Source: an uncultured Gemmatimonas sp.
GTDB lineage: Bacteria > Gemmatimonadota > Gemmatimonadetes > Gemmatimonadales > GWC2-71-9
Direction: 5' to 3'
Assembly: GCA_964619465.1 (NCBI GenBank)
Contig: CAZUES010000015.1
Span: forward strand, 29,101 to 93,100
DNA: 64,000 nucleotides
Shown here: positions 43,222 to 55,911 of the stretch, piece after piece
How positions within the stretch are numbered: position 1 is the first letter of the stretch
Layout: each line of letters begins with the position of its first letter
Made by a program: the position numbers and the translations under genes
Notes under the pieces: model-generated
What the model was told of the DNA's origin: nothing
Database searches by the model: none
The model's input: only the letters and a program-made list of their open reading frames with translations

Positions 43222-44268
43222 GTGGAAGGCACCATGGGCATGGCAGGGCAGGGATGGCGGATCGGACAGTTGGTGTGCACGGCAGCGTTGGCTGCCGCTC
43301 TTTCGGCGTGTGGCGATCCGGTCGAGCCGGATGAACTGGTGGCCGTCGCGGTCTTTGCCGCCGGGCCGGGCAGCGGGACGGTGACCATCACGCCGTCCGG
43401 CCTCGCTTGCGCCATCGTCGACGGCGCCACCGGAAACAGCTGCGCCGCCGCGGTAGCCGTGGGGGCCAACGTCGTGCTCAAAGCCGTGCCCGCGGCCGGA
43501 CACGCCTTTACCGGCTGGGGCGACGACTGCGCGGCTACTACGACCGATACCTGCATCCTGCGCGCCGATGCCCCCCTCTCGGTCACGGTGGCCTTCCTGC
43601 CGATTGCGAACCTGCCGGTCGATCACCTCGTCTTGGACCGGAGTCAGCTTCGACTCGGCCTGGGCCAGTCCGCCACCCTCGCGGCACGGGTCTTTGGATC
43701 TGGCGGCGTCGAACTGGTCGGCCGGGCCGTCAGCTGGTCGACCGACGCGGCGAACGTCGTGCTCGTCGTCGATGGCAATGTCACGCCCGGCATGCCGGGA
43801 ACGGCGGTCGTCACCGCAGCAAGCGGTGGGAAGACGGCCACCGCCACGGTCGAAGTGCCGGCGCGGGTGATCCATGATCTTGCGGAGGTCAACGGGGTGG
43901 CGCTTCCCGGTCTGGTGGAGCAGGGGCAGGTGGGGAACGACCGGGGCGACCTCTTCGATTTCCGGGTGACGGCGATCAGTGGACGGCTCGAGATCGACAC
44001 GACCACCAACTGGTATCGTCAGCAGGTCCGCGTGCAGGTCGACGCGCGCCGGGTCACTATACCTGAGAGCGAGTTCGCATTCGACAGTTGGTCGAATTGG
44101 TTCGACCATGGCCGAGTCGTGTCGCAGGGCGCCAACCGCGGCCGCTTCATGTCGGAGTATCTGGAAGGCCGCGTGGCCGACTACGAACGGACCGCCACCG
44201 GGTTCCTGGTCGAGCAGACCCTCGAGTCGAGTGCTATCCCCGCGCGCTTCCGGTTCATCCGGCGCTGA
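43222..44268 (+). CDS. Lipoprotein with an InlB-B-repeat-like segment and a Big_2-like domain, unknown C-terminus
   Basis: Lipobox ALSAC. GHAFTGWGDDCA is typical of divergent InlB B-repeat modules. An Ig-like segment follows (LDRSQLRLGLGQSATLAARV...TAVVTAASGGKTATATVEV). Confidence 0.7.
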   Translation: MEGTMGMAGQGWRIGQLVCTAALAAALSACGDPVEPDELVAVAVFAAGPGSGTVTITPSGLACAIVDGATGNSCAAAVAVGANVVLKAVPAAGHAFTGWGDDCAATTTDTCILRADAPLSVTVAFLPIANLPVDHLVLDRSQLRLGLGQSATLAARVFGSGGVELVGRAVSWSTDAANVVLVVDGNVTPGMPGTAVVTAASGGKTATATVEVPARVIHDLAEVNGVALPGLVEQGQVGNDRGDLFDFRVTAISGRLEIDTTTNWYRQQVRVQVDARRVTIPESEFAFDSWSNWFDHGRVVSQGANRGRFMSEYLEGRVADYERTATGFLVEQTLESSAIPARFRFIRR

Positions 44269-44475
44269 ACAGGTCGAGCACCGCCGCCGGACGTCGCGGC
44301 TCAGTCACCTGTCCGGAGGAGCGGTGCGATCGGCGGGAACTCGCCCCTAACCTGTGTTGACACTCCATGGCCTTTGTCGCAGCTTATCAGAAGCTTTTCG
44401 TTGGGTCCGGAGAACAGAGTAGCAATCGAGCCTGTGCAGTAATCGACGTAGCTGTTGTCTTAATCCAGGTTATCG

Positions 44476-45005
44476 ATGGTAAATGGTCTGTTGCAGCCCG
44501 GCATAACGGTTTCGCGTTCAACCCTGACTCGTATCGTCATCGGTGCCGCTGTCGCTGTCGTCTGCTGTGCCACCGCAGTCGAGGCGCAACGAGACCGTGG
44601 TCTCGAGTTGGTCAGTGGGCTCACTATACTCGGTGGGCCACATCAGCGAACGGGTTTTGTCGGGACACTTCGATACCACCGTCACTCTCCCAACGGCTTG
44701 ACGGTAGTTCCGCAGATCACGGCGATTCACAGTACCAGTCTCGTGTTCAGGCGAACCACGTTCGGCATCGCGGAAGTGTTCGCCGCCCAGGAGATTACGC
44801 AGAGACGGCTTCGGCCCGTCGTCGGAGGAGGGGCGGGATCGTCGTCTGCTGCGGCGGGTTGGTCCGGCCGACCCTCCATGCCATGGAAGGATTCGAGTTC
44901 GATCTCGATAGGCGCTGGACGCTGCAGTTCGAACTTCGGCAGCGCACTCTCCCGCAGCAGACGCCCTCCTTCGAGATCGGCTTCGGAGCGACGGCGCGGT
45001 TGTAG
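44476..45005 (+). pseudogene. Small outer-membrane beta-barrel-like protein, apparently frameshifted (or carrying a 1-nt sequencing error) near 44835..44838
   Basis: Frame A (44476..) gives a signal peptide and beta-strand-like sequence up to ...LRPVVGGGAG. Frame B (the end of ORF 44367..45005) continues IVV..GGLVRPTLHAMEGFEFDLDRRWTLQFELRQ...SFEIGFGATARL with high GC3. Adding one G in the G-run at 44835..44837 would join the two frames. Confidence 0.4.
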
Positions 45006-45045
45006 TCGCCGCCCGCCCGCCCGCTCGTCCAGCAAGCCGCACCGC

Positions 45046-46887
45046 CTACCGTGATGCGGAGCCGCCGAGTACGTCGAGCACTACCGGGACTCGGCCGAGT
45101 GGCGCGGAAACTTGCGCGCCCTGGACCCGGTCCCGCACGGCAGCAAGCATCTCGCGGCCGATCGCCACCCCTTCCGCCAGCGCCGCCTCTTTGCCGCGTT
45201 CGCTGGCCACGCGCATCCGGTCCAGGATCCCAGCCGGCACCGTCACCCCCGGCACCTCGTTGGCCAGAAATTCGGCGTTCCGGAGCGAGACCAGCGGCCA
45301 GATCCCGGCGATGATCGGCAGCCGGAACGATTCGACCTGTTTGAGGAAGCGGTCGAGCTGGTCCAAGTCGAAGACCGGTTGCGTGATGGCGAACTCCGCG
45401 CCGGCCTCGACCTTCCAGGCGAGCCGCCGAAGCTCGCGGTCGGGGTCGACGGCCGCCGGGTTCACGCCCACGCCGATCACGAACTGCGTCGGCTTGCCCA
45501 GCGGATTTCTGCCCGGATCGAGCCCGCGGTTGAGTTGGCTCACCAGATTGGCGAGGCCGATGGCATCGATGTCGAAGACGGCGGTCGCGTCGGGGTAGGG
45601 GCCCATCTTGGGCGGGTCGCCGGTGACCAGGAGCAGATTGCGGAGCCCGGCCGCGGCGGCGCCCAGCAGGTCGCTCAGCATGCCGAGCAGGTTGCGGTCG
45701 CGACAGGCGTAGTGGACCACCGATTCGATGCCGACCTGCTGCTCGATCATCAGCCCCGACAAGAGCGCTCCCATCCGGCTTTGCGCGCGGGGGCCGTCGG
45801 GCACATTGACGGCGTCGACGCCGGCGGCCTTGAGCGCCCGGCACTGCTCCAGCATCGGCGTCGGGTCGGTACCGCGGGGAGGCACGATCTCCACGGTCGT
45901 GATGAACTCGCCCCGCGCCAGCTTGGCGCCGTAGCGTGAGCGTTCGGCCAGCGGGGTCGGCTCGACGCCCCCGACGACCGGCCCCGCCGGCTCCGCCACG
46001 ACCACCTGATGCGGAGCGACCGACTTGACGAAGTTCTTGATGGTCTTGATGTGGTCTGGGGTGGTTCCACAACAGCCGCCGACGAACCGGGCGCCCGCCT
46101 CCACCATCCGGCGGGCGTACTCCGCCATGTACTCGGGGCTCGCCATGTAGATCTTGCGGTCGCCCACTTCGCGGGGCAGGCCGGCGTTGGGTTGGGCCGA
46201 GATCGGCACCCGGACCACCGGGGCGAGCCGCTCGACCACTTCAAGGATGGTCTGCGGACCGACCGAACAGTTGACGCCGATCACGTCGGCGCCGGCGGCT
46301 TCCAGGGCCGGGCCGAACGCCTCGGGCTCGCTGCCGTACGCGGTGCGCCCGTCCTGTCCGACCGTCATCTGGACCACGATCGGCAGGTCGCTGACCCGGC
46401 GGATCCCGGCCAGGGCAGCGCGCGCCTCCTCGAGATCGCTGAAGGTTTCGAGGATGAATCCGTCGACGCCGCCGGCCACCAGGCCGGCCGCTTGCCGTGC
46501 AAAGGCCGACTCGGCCTCCGCAGCGGAGGTTTCGCCGAGGGGCTCGAGTCGGACCCCCAGCGGCCCGATTGCTCCGACCACGGCCGCGCGACCGTCGGCT
46601 GCTTCGCGCGCCACCACGGCCGCCGCCGCATTCAGTTTCTCGGTTTCGTCGGCCAGTCCGTAGTGCGCCAGCTTGAACGGATTGGCGCCGAAGGTGTTCG
46701 TTTCGATCAGCTCGGCGCCGTTCCGGACGTATTCGCGATGAATGTCGCGGACCAGGTCAGGTTGCCGCGCCGCCAGCTCGTCGAAGCAGACGTTGAGGAA
46801 GACGCCTCGGCCGTACAGCATCGTCCCCATGGCCCCATCGAAGACGTGGACGGCGCCGTCGGCAATCAGATCTTTGAGCGTTGGCAT
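45046..46887 (-). CDS. Bifunctional homocysteine S-methyltransferase / 5,10-methylenetetrahydrofolate reductase (YitJ-like)
   Basis: The N-terminal Hcy-binding domain shows FDGAMGTMLY, ETNTF and [11 protein letters not shown] (Zn-binding Cys residues). The C-terminal MTHFR domain shows VEIVPPRG, VTGDPP and ITQPVFD. Confidence 0.9.
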   Translation of the reverse strand: MPTLKDLIADGAVHVFDGAMGTMLYGRGVFLNVCFDELAARQPDLVRDIHREYVRNGAELIETNTFGANPFKLAHYGLADETEKLNAAAAVVAREAADGRAAVVGAIGPLGVRLEPLGETSAAEAESAFARQAAGLVAGGVDGFILETFSDLEEARAALAGIRRVSDLPIVVQMTVGQDGRTAYGSEPEAFGPALEAAGADVIGVNCSVGPQTILEVVERLAPVVRVPISAQPNAGLPREVGDRKIYMASPEYMAEYARRMVEAGARFVGGCCGTTPDHIKTIKNFVKSVAPHQVVVAEPAGPVVGGVEPTPLAERSRYGAKLARGEFITTVEIVPPRGTDPTPMLEQCRALKAAGVDAVNVPDGPRAQSRMGALLSGLMIEQQVGIESVVHYACRDRNLLGMLSDLLGAAAAGLRNLLLVTGDPPKMGPYPDATAVFDIDAIGLANLVSQLNRGLDPGRNPLGKPTQFVIGVGVNPAAVDPDRELRRLAWKVEAGAEFAITQPVFDLDQLDRFLKQVESFRLPIIAGIWPLVSLRNAEFLANEVPGVTVPAGILDRMRVASERGKEAALAEGVAIGREMLAAVRDRVQGAQVSAPLGRVPVVLDVLGGSASR

Positions 46888-46990
46888 CTGGCCTCCGAAA
46901 ACACGAAACCCGAGGCTAAAACGGCCCCGGGCGGCGTTTTAGCGTTTGTTTAACGTGGCCGCAATCAGCGCAAATCACCACGATCCTATC
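46888..46990 (-). promoter_or_regulatory. Conserved structured 5' leader (candidate SAM-II-like riboswitch with terminator), copy 1
   Basis: A 48-nt core at 46935..46982 is near-identical to 52776..52823. The sense RNA has the hairpin CGUGGU-17 nt-GCCACG and the tail UUAAACAAACGCUAAAACG. It can form either the antiterminator GCUAAAACG/CGUUUUAGC or the terminator CCCGGGGC/GCCUCGGG (plus strand 46909..46931), which is followed by UUUCGUGUUUU. The GGAGG RBS follows. Confidence 0.6.
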
Positions 46991-47034
46991 CTAGCAAGCT
47001 AATGCTGCGACAAGGGCCACGCCATTGCGACGCC

Positions 47035-47079
47035 TTGACGGGCGGCGCGGCGATCGGTAGTTTGTAACCAAATGGTTAC
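47035..47079 (+). promoter_or_regulatory. Sigma-70-like promoter (TTGACG-17-TAGTTT) and 16-bp perfect palindrome operator of the ArsR-family gene
   Basis: TTGACG lies at 47035..47040, followed by a 17-nt spacer and TAGTTT at 47058..47063. The palindrome GTAACCA-AA-TGGTTAC at 47064..47079 spans the predicted start site and the ATG at 47072. Confidence 0.5.
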
Positions 47080-47416
47080 GCAAAAGCCGACGCCCGTCTT
47101 CGATGCCATCGCCGACCCTACCCGCCGCGCCATTCTCGACGCTCTCCGGCGCGGCCCGCTCTCGGCCGGCGAAATTGCCGATCTCTTTCCGGTCAGCCGG
47201 CCGGCGGTCTCGCGCCACGTTCGGGTGCTCCGCCAGGCGGGGTTGGTGACGGAGCGGCGGGTGGCTCAATCGCGGATCTATGCCCTCGATCCGGAGCCGC
47301 TCCGCACCGTCGAGCAATGGCTCACACATTACCGCGTCTTCTGGGCAGCTCGACTGATGGACCTCAAGCGGTATGTCGAAGCGGAGACCAAACCTGCCCC
47401 CCGCCGGAAGGGATAA
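47072..47416 (+). CDS. ArsR/SmtB-family transcriptional regulator
   Basis: FDAIADPTRRAILDALRRGPLSAGEIADLFPVSRPAVSRHVRVLRQAGLV is a typical HTH_20 sequence. Confidence 0.9.
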   Translation: MVTQKPTPVFDAIADPTRRAILDALRRGPLSAGEIADLFPVSRPAVSRHVRVLRQAGLVTERRVAQSRIYALDPEPLRTVEQWLTHYRVFWAARLMDLKRYVEAETKPAPRRKG

Positions 47417-47422
47417 AAGCAG

Positions 47423-48322
47423 ATGACCTGGGTTCATGAGTTCTCGACCAAGCTGATGGGATCGCCGGATCGCGTCTACCGCGCTCTGATCGACGACGGG
47501 GAACTCCGTAGCTGGTTCGCCGAGCATGTGGAGGTCGAGCCGAGTGTCGGTGGCAAATATCGGTTCTGGGGCAAATACACCCTGGGGCTTCCGACGGCAG
47601 CCGATGCCGATCAGCGGCTCGTACGGCTGGTCGCCGATCGGTCGCTCGCGTTTACCTGGAACCTCTTCGGCGTACCTACCGAGGTCTCCGTCGCCCTGGC
47701 TGCGGCATCATTCGACAGCGGTACCCCGGCCCCTTCCGGGCCCGTCACGGCGGTAACGGTGCATCACACTGGGGAGCGTGCCCTGGGCCAGCCCCGCGAG
47801 AAAGAACTGATCGACGATTTCTGGAGGCTGGCGTTCGGAAACCTGGGGGCGCACCTGACGGGTGCGGAGCTGCTGCGCCCGGACTTCGCCGACCCGTCAC
47901 CGGAGATCCGCTACAGCATCCTGATCGACGCGGCGCCGTCGGCCGTATTCAGGGCGCTGACCGAGCCGGAGGCGCTGAACCGCTGGATCGCCGCTGCCGC
48001 TGTCGTCGAACCACGGGTCGGCGGGCGCTTCGAGTTCGGATGGAAGTATCAGATCGAAGGCCGCGACGTGCTGGGCGGTCCAACCCGGATCCTGGAACTG
48101 GTTCCCGATCGGCGCCTGGTGGTGGACTGGCCGGACTGGCGTGGTGATCCGGCGGTGCCTGTGCAGCAGATCAGCTTCGATCTGGAGCCCGTGGGCGGGC
48201 AAACGCGCCTCACCCTCGTACATGCCGGCTTCGAGCGGGCGGCGGATATCAGCGACTATCCGTTCGGCTGGGGCCATTTTCTCAGTCGGCTCGTACCTGT
48301 GGCGACTGCATTGGCCGCGTGA
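47423..48322 (+). CDS. Tandem SRPBCC (AHSA1/Aha1-like) domain protein
   Basis: There are two repeats of the AHSA1 pattern (SPDRVYRALIDDGELRSWF and APSAVFRALTEPEALNRWI ... LVHAGF). An ArsR gene followed by an SRPBCC gene is a common pairing. Confidence 0.8.
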   Translation: MTWVHEFSTKLMGSPDRVYRALIDDGELRSWFAEHVEVEPSVGGKYRFWGKYTLGLPTAADADQRLVRLVADRSLAFTWNLFGVPTEVSVALAAASFDSGTPAPSGPVTAVTVHHTGERALGQPREKELIDDFWRLAFGNLGAHLTGAELLRPDFADPSPEIRYSILIDAAPSAVFRALTEPEALNRWIAAAAVVEPRVGGRFEFGWKYQIEGRDVLGGPTRILELVPDRRLVVDWPDWRGDPAVPVQQISFDLEPVGGQTRLTLVHAGFERAADISDYPFGWGHFLSRLVPVATALAA

Positions 48323-48376
48323 GGCTGGATGGCTCAGCGCCCGCGCATCGCGGGCAAAGCGGGCCAGGATGCGCGG

Positions 48377-48844
48377 CTATCGCCGAAACGACTCGTGCTC
48401 GTGCGCGAGGCCCCAGCGTCCCTGGCGCCGCTCGAACACGCCCGTCCAGGTGCCCTGCAACGTGTCCGCAGCGGTTCCGGTTGGTGTGCCCCAGGCGAGT
48501 CGTAGTCGGCCGACTACCAGTACGGCTTCCGGCCCCATGGCGCGGTACCGGAGATCCTCGAACGCGATGAACGTGCCCTTGGTCTTGGTCGAGTCCCACG
48601 CCAGGTAGATCGCGTGCAGCGAGTCCCGCTTCGTGATGAACAATCCGTGGTTGCTGAACACGAGTGGGTCTTCCAGCACGTACACGGTCGTCATCTGCGC
48701 ACCATCCTGCCGCCGCACTGCGTCGGTGAGCCGGGCCATCAAGGTCTCGATCTCGGCGAACCGTGTGGTGTCTTGCGTTTGACCTGCGAGGGGCTGATTC
48801 GGCGCCGCCCAGAACATCACCGCGACCAGCCAGACGATCCGCAT
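48377..48844 (-). CDS. Secreted NTF2/SnoaL-like (DUF4440-like) protein
   Basis: ORF 48377..48946, trimmed to MRIVWLVAVMFWAAPNQPLAGQ (signal peptide). It shows an NTF2-like pattern ending in GVFERRQGRWGLAHEHES. Confidence 0.65.
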   Translation of the reverse strand: MRIVWLVAVMFWAAPNQPLAGQTQDTTRFAEIETLMARLTDAVRRQDGAQMTTVYVLEDPLVFSNHGLFITKRDSLHAIYLAWDSTKTKGTFIAFEDLRYRAMGPEAVLVVGRLRLAWGTPTGTAADTLQGTWTGVFERRQGRWGLAHEHESFRR

Positions 48845-49004
48845 CTCATCGCTCCCGTGCCGGTGGTACCGTATTCGAAAACGACGCGACCCCAGGATCT
48901 CGGAATCGCGGGTGGATCGACCGAATGGACCGCGGCCGGCCGGCATTGTCGTGCGACGGACTATGAACCTGGATGACCGCAGCTGGCGTACTACGGTGCG
49001 CAGG

Positions 49005-52727
<3,723 letters not shown>

Positions 52728-52830
52728 ACAGGTCCCCTTAACGAAATACCCGGGGCTGAAAACGCCCCGGGCAAGCGTTTTAGCGATTGTTTAACGTGGC
52801 CGCAATCAGCGCAAATCGCCACGAAACCCT
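52728..52830 (-). promoter_or_regulatory. Conserved structured 5' leader (candidate SAM-II-like riboswitch with terminator), copy 2
   Basis: The core is at 52776..52823. The sense RNA has CGUGGC-17 nt-GCCACG and UUAAACAAUCGCUAAAACGC. It can form the antiterminator GCUAAAACGC/GCGUUUU(C)AGC or the terminator CCCGGGGC/GCCCCGGG (plus strand 52749..52771), which is followed by UAUUUCGUU. The AGGGGA RBS and the metH ATG follow. Confidence 0.6.
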
Positions 52831-52863
52831 TCGGTTGTCCAGCTCATAATCTAAGCAAGCGTC

Positions 52864-55017
52864 ATGCCCGACGCCAATCCGCGGGGGAGCCCAGATCGAG
52901 TACCCGTATATTACCGCCACCCAATGCCTAGAAGATTCATGTCTCGACTTCCAATCCGTCGCCCGCCGCCGACTCGAACCACCGACCAGGTCGACTCGTA
53001 TCACGGGGTCGAGGTTTCCGACCCGTATCGCTGGCTCGAAGACACCGAGTCGCCGGAAACGACCGCCTGGATCGCCGAGCAGAACCAGGTGACCTTCGAC
53101 TACCTGCAGACGTTGCCGATGCGGGAGCCGCTCAAACGGCGCCTGACCGCGCTGTACGACTATGAGCGGTTTTCCATTCCCTACCATCGGGGTGGCCGGT
53201 ACTTCTATACCCGGAACAGCGGACTGCAGAATCAGGCCGTGCTCTATGTCCAGGACTCGCTGGCTGCGGAAGGGCGGGAGCTGCTCGATCCCAACCGGCT
53301 CTCGGCCGACGGAACCATCGCACTCACCCTGGTCGAGCCGAGCCCGGATGGCGACCTGCTCCTGTACGGTACCGCCACCAGCGGCTCGGATTGGCAGGAG
53401 TTTCGGATTCGCCAGGTCGATGACGGGATCGATCGGGTCGATCATCTCCGCTGGGTCAAGTTTTCGCGAGGCAGTTGGACCAGAGACGGGAAGGGATTCT
53501 TCTACTCGCGCTATCCCGAGCCGGCGCCTGATGCCGCGCTGAGCGGGCAGAATCGCGATATGAAGGTGTATTACCACCGCCTGGGTTCCGACCAGAATGA
53601 GGATCTGCTGGTCTATCAGCGTCCGGATGAGCCGGACTGGGGCTTCGGTGCGGAGGTAACGCACGACGGCCGCTATCTGATCCTGACGGTCTGGCTCGGC
53701 ACGGATTCGAAGACACGGGTCTACTACCAGGATCTGGGCGATCCGATGGCGCCGAGCCTGGACGGAGCCGTGGTGAAACTGCTCGATGAATTCGATGCGG
53801 CTTACGGTTTCATCGGCAACGAGGGCCCGATCTTCTACTTCCGCACCGACCGGGATGCCCCGCGCGGACGAGTCGTTGCTATCGACACGCGCACGCCGGC
53901 TCCCGACGCCTGGCAGGAAATCATCGCCGAGGCGGAGCAGCCGCTCGACGGCGTGACGCTGGTCGGCGGCCGGCTGGTCGCTTCGTATCTGGTGGACGCC
54001 AAGTCACGGCTTGCCATCGTCGATCTGGACGGCAAGGCGGTGTCGGACATTCCGCTGCCCGGCATCGGGACTGCAGGCGGCGTTTCCGGAGAGCCGGATC
54101 GTTCGGAGATGTTCTTCGCTTTCACCTCCTTCCTGTTCCCGACCTCGGTGTACCGCTACGACCTGCTTACCGGGGATCTCGCCCCGTTCCGATCGTCTCG
54201 GCTCACCTTCGATCCGTCGGCGTTCGTCACGGAACAGGTCTTCGTCGCGAGCCCCGACGGTACGCAGGTACCGGTGTTCCTGACCCATCGCAGGGAGCTG
54301 AACCGGGACGGAACCCATCCGACCCTGCTGTATGCGTACGGTGGGTTTAATGCGAACCTGACGCCGTTCTTCGATCCATCGATGATCGCCTGGCTGGAGC
54401 AGGGCGGGATCTACGCGCAGGCCAATTTGCGCGGCGGCGGCGAGTATGGTGAAGACTGGCATCGCGCCGGGATGTTCGAGAAGAAGCAGAACGTCTTCGA
54501 CGATTTCATTGCGGTGGCCGAGTATCTGATTCGGGAGAGGTATACCGGATCGGATCGGCTGGTGGTCGAAGGCGGCTCCAACGGCGGCTTGCTGGTCGGT
54601 GCGGTCATGACGCAGCGCCCTGATCTCTTTGCGGTTGCGCTGCCGGATGTCGGGGTCATGGACATGCTGCGCTACCACCGCTTCACCATCGGTTGGGCCT
54701 GGGCCGCCGAATATGGTTCGGCCGATGATCCGGCGTACTTCCCGGTGCTTCGGGCCTACTCGCCGCTGCACAATCTGAAGCCGGGCACCGACTATCCCGC
54801 GACGCTGGTGACCACGGCAGATCACGATGACCGCGTAGTACCCGGGCATTCGTTCAAGTTTGCCGCTGCGCTGCAGGCGGCGACTGCCTGGGCGCGACCC
54901 GCCTATATCCGGGTCGAAACCAAAGCCGGCCATGGAGCCGGGAAACCGATTGCCAAGATGGTGGAGGCGCGCGCCGACGTGCTGGCGTTCGCGCTGGCCA
55001 ACACCGGCGGCAACTGA
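52864..55017 (+). CDS. Prolyl oligopeptidase (peptidase S9A)
   Basis: [17 protein letters not shown] is the typical N-terminus, followed by a beta-propeller. The catalytic domain contains [12 protein letters not shown] (Ser), DHDDRV (Asp) and GHGAGKP (His). The start is uncertain: 52864, 52924 or 52939. The later starts would leave room for the metH leader and promoter. Confidence 0.9.
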   Translation: MPDANPRGSPDRVPVYYRHPMPRRFMSRLPIRRPPPTRTTDQVDSYHGVEVSDPYRWLEDTESPETTAWIAEQNQVTFDYLQTLPMREPLKRRLTALYDYERFSIPYHRGGRYFYTRNSGLQNQAVLYVQDSLAAEGRELLDPNRLSADGTIALTLVEPSPDGDLLLYGTATSGSDWQEFRIRQVDDGIDRVDHLRWVKFSRGSWTRDGKGFFYSRYPEPAPDAALSGQNRDMKVYYHRLGSDQNEDLLVYQRPDEPDWGFGAEVTHDGRYLILTVWLGTDSKTRVYYQDLGDPMAPSLDGAVVKLLDEFDAAYGFIGNEGPIFYFRTDRDAPRGRVVAIDTRTPAPDAWQEIIAEAEQPLDGVTLVGGRLVASYLVDAKSRLAIVDLDGKAVSDIPLPGIGTAGGVSGEPDRSEMFFAFTSFLFPTSVYRYDLLTGDLAPFRSSRLTFDPSAFVTEQVFVASPDGTQVPVFLTHRRELNRDGTHPTLLYAYGGFNANLTPFFDPSMIAWLEQGGIYAQANLRGGGEYGEDWHRAGMFEKKQNVFDDFIAVAEYLIRERYTGSDRLVVEGGSNGGLLVGAVMTQRPDLFAVALPDVGVMDMLRYHRFTIGWAWAAEYGSADDPAYFPVLRAYSPLHNLKPGTDYPATLVTTADHDDRVVPGHSFKFAAALQAATAWARPAYIRVETKAGHGAGKPIAKMVEARADVLAFALANTGGN

Positions 55018-55023
55018 AGAGCG

Positions 55024-55314
55024 CTACTCGGTCAGGCGCAGGGCGTGTCGGGCGGCGTCGACCGTGGTGCCCTCCACGGTTACCACTTTGCGTCGTCCCG
55101 AGGCGCCGGCGGTGATGGCCACGGCGCGGCGCGGGACGCGGAGTTGGTCGGCAAGGAAGCGAACGATCTCGTCGTTAGCGGCTCCATCGACCGGCGGCGA
55201 CGCGATCCGGAGCTTGAGTGCATCGCCGTGCAGTCCCGCGATCTCGGTACGGGATGCCCGGGGTTGAATGTGCAGGTCGATCCGCACCCCACCAGGCGTC
55301 GGATGGACCGGCAT
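55024..55314 (-). CDS. DUF167 (YggU) family protein
   Basis: C-terminal 96 aa of ORF 55024..55773: IQPRASRTEIAGLHGDALKLRIASPPVDGAANDEIVRFLADQLRVPRRAVAITAGASGRRKVVTV. Its ATG overlaps the upstream gene's TAA by 1 nt (TAATG). Confidence 0.85.
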   Translation of the reverse strand: MPVHPTPGGVRIDLHIQPRASRTEIAGLHGDALKLRIASPPVDGAANDEIVRFLADQLRVPRRAVAITAGASGRRKVVTVEGTTVDAARHALRLTE

Positions 55315-55907
55315 TACCCGCCGAGCAGCTGAAACAGGAGGGCGCGCAGCAGCAGCAGCGCCAGATAGGCAACGATCGGGCTTGCATCGATGATGCCGAA
55401 CGCCGGCAGGCGCCGCCGAATCGGAACAATGATCCAATCGGTCAGCCGGTAGAACGGCCGCATGCCCCGATGGGTCGGGCCGAGTCCGAACCAGGTGCCG
55501 ATGAAGCGGACGAACAGCGCGGCAATGATCAGGGTAATGGTCCAGTCGACCCCAACCCGGAGCAGCATCAGGGGCGTGGCATCGCGCAGCGCCAGGAACG
55601 AGTAGACCAGCTGGGTCAGCCCGCGCACCACCCAGATCAGCGCCAGGCCGAGCACGACGGCAATGCCGACCAACCAGAGTGAAGCGTCCTGCGGATTGCC
55701 TCCCCGTCGAACCAGTTGTCCCTCGAGCGGCCGAAGGAACGGGTCGGAAAGGCTCCGAACCGTCTTGGACCAACCGCCGAGCGGGGCGATACGACGGGCC
55801 CGAACGGCCCAGTGTGTGGCCGCGACGACGGCTGCCAGGCCTACCGCGCTCAGCGCTATGGCGCGAACGATCAGATCGATCAGCCCCGTGACCTGCTGGA
55901 GTGCCAT
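55314..55907 (-). CDS. YggT-family membrane protein (two YGGT repeats)
   Basis: ORF 55314..56156, trimmed to MALQQVTGLIDLIV. It is hydrophobic, with repeats containing SDPFLRPL and LTDWIIVPIRRRLP. The yggT-yggU order is a conserved pairing. Confidence 0.72.
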   Translation of the reverse strand: MALQQVTGLIDLIVRAIALSAVGLAAVVAATHWAVRARRIAPLGGWSKTVRSLSDPFLRPLEGQLVRRGGNPQDASLWLVGIAVVLGLALIWVVRGLTQLVYSFLALRDATPLMLLRVGVDWTITLIIAALFVRFIGTWFGLGPTHRGMRPFYRLTDWIIVPIRRRLPAFGIIDASPIVAYLALLLLRALLFQLLGG

Positions 55908-55911
55908 CGGA

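Noticed and set aside
46991-47034. Promoter hexamers for the riboswitch-like leader (TAGGAT/TAGATT near the shared GCTTGCT(T)AG motif).
   Set aside because: The distance from these hexamers to the first helix differs by about 20 nt between the two copies, and in copy 1 transcription would start inside the hairpin. I could not place a consistent -35/-10 pair, so no promoter is called.
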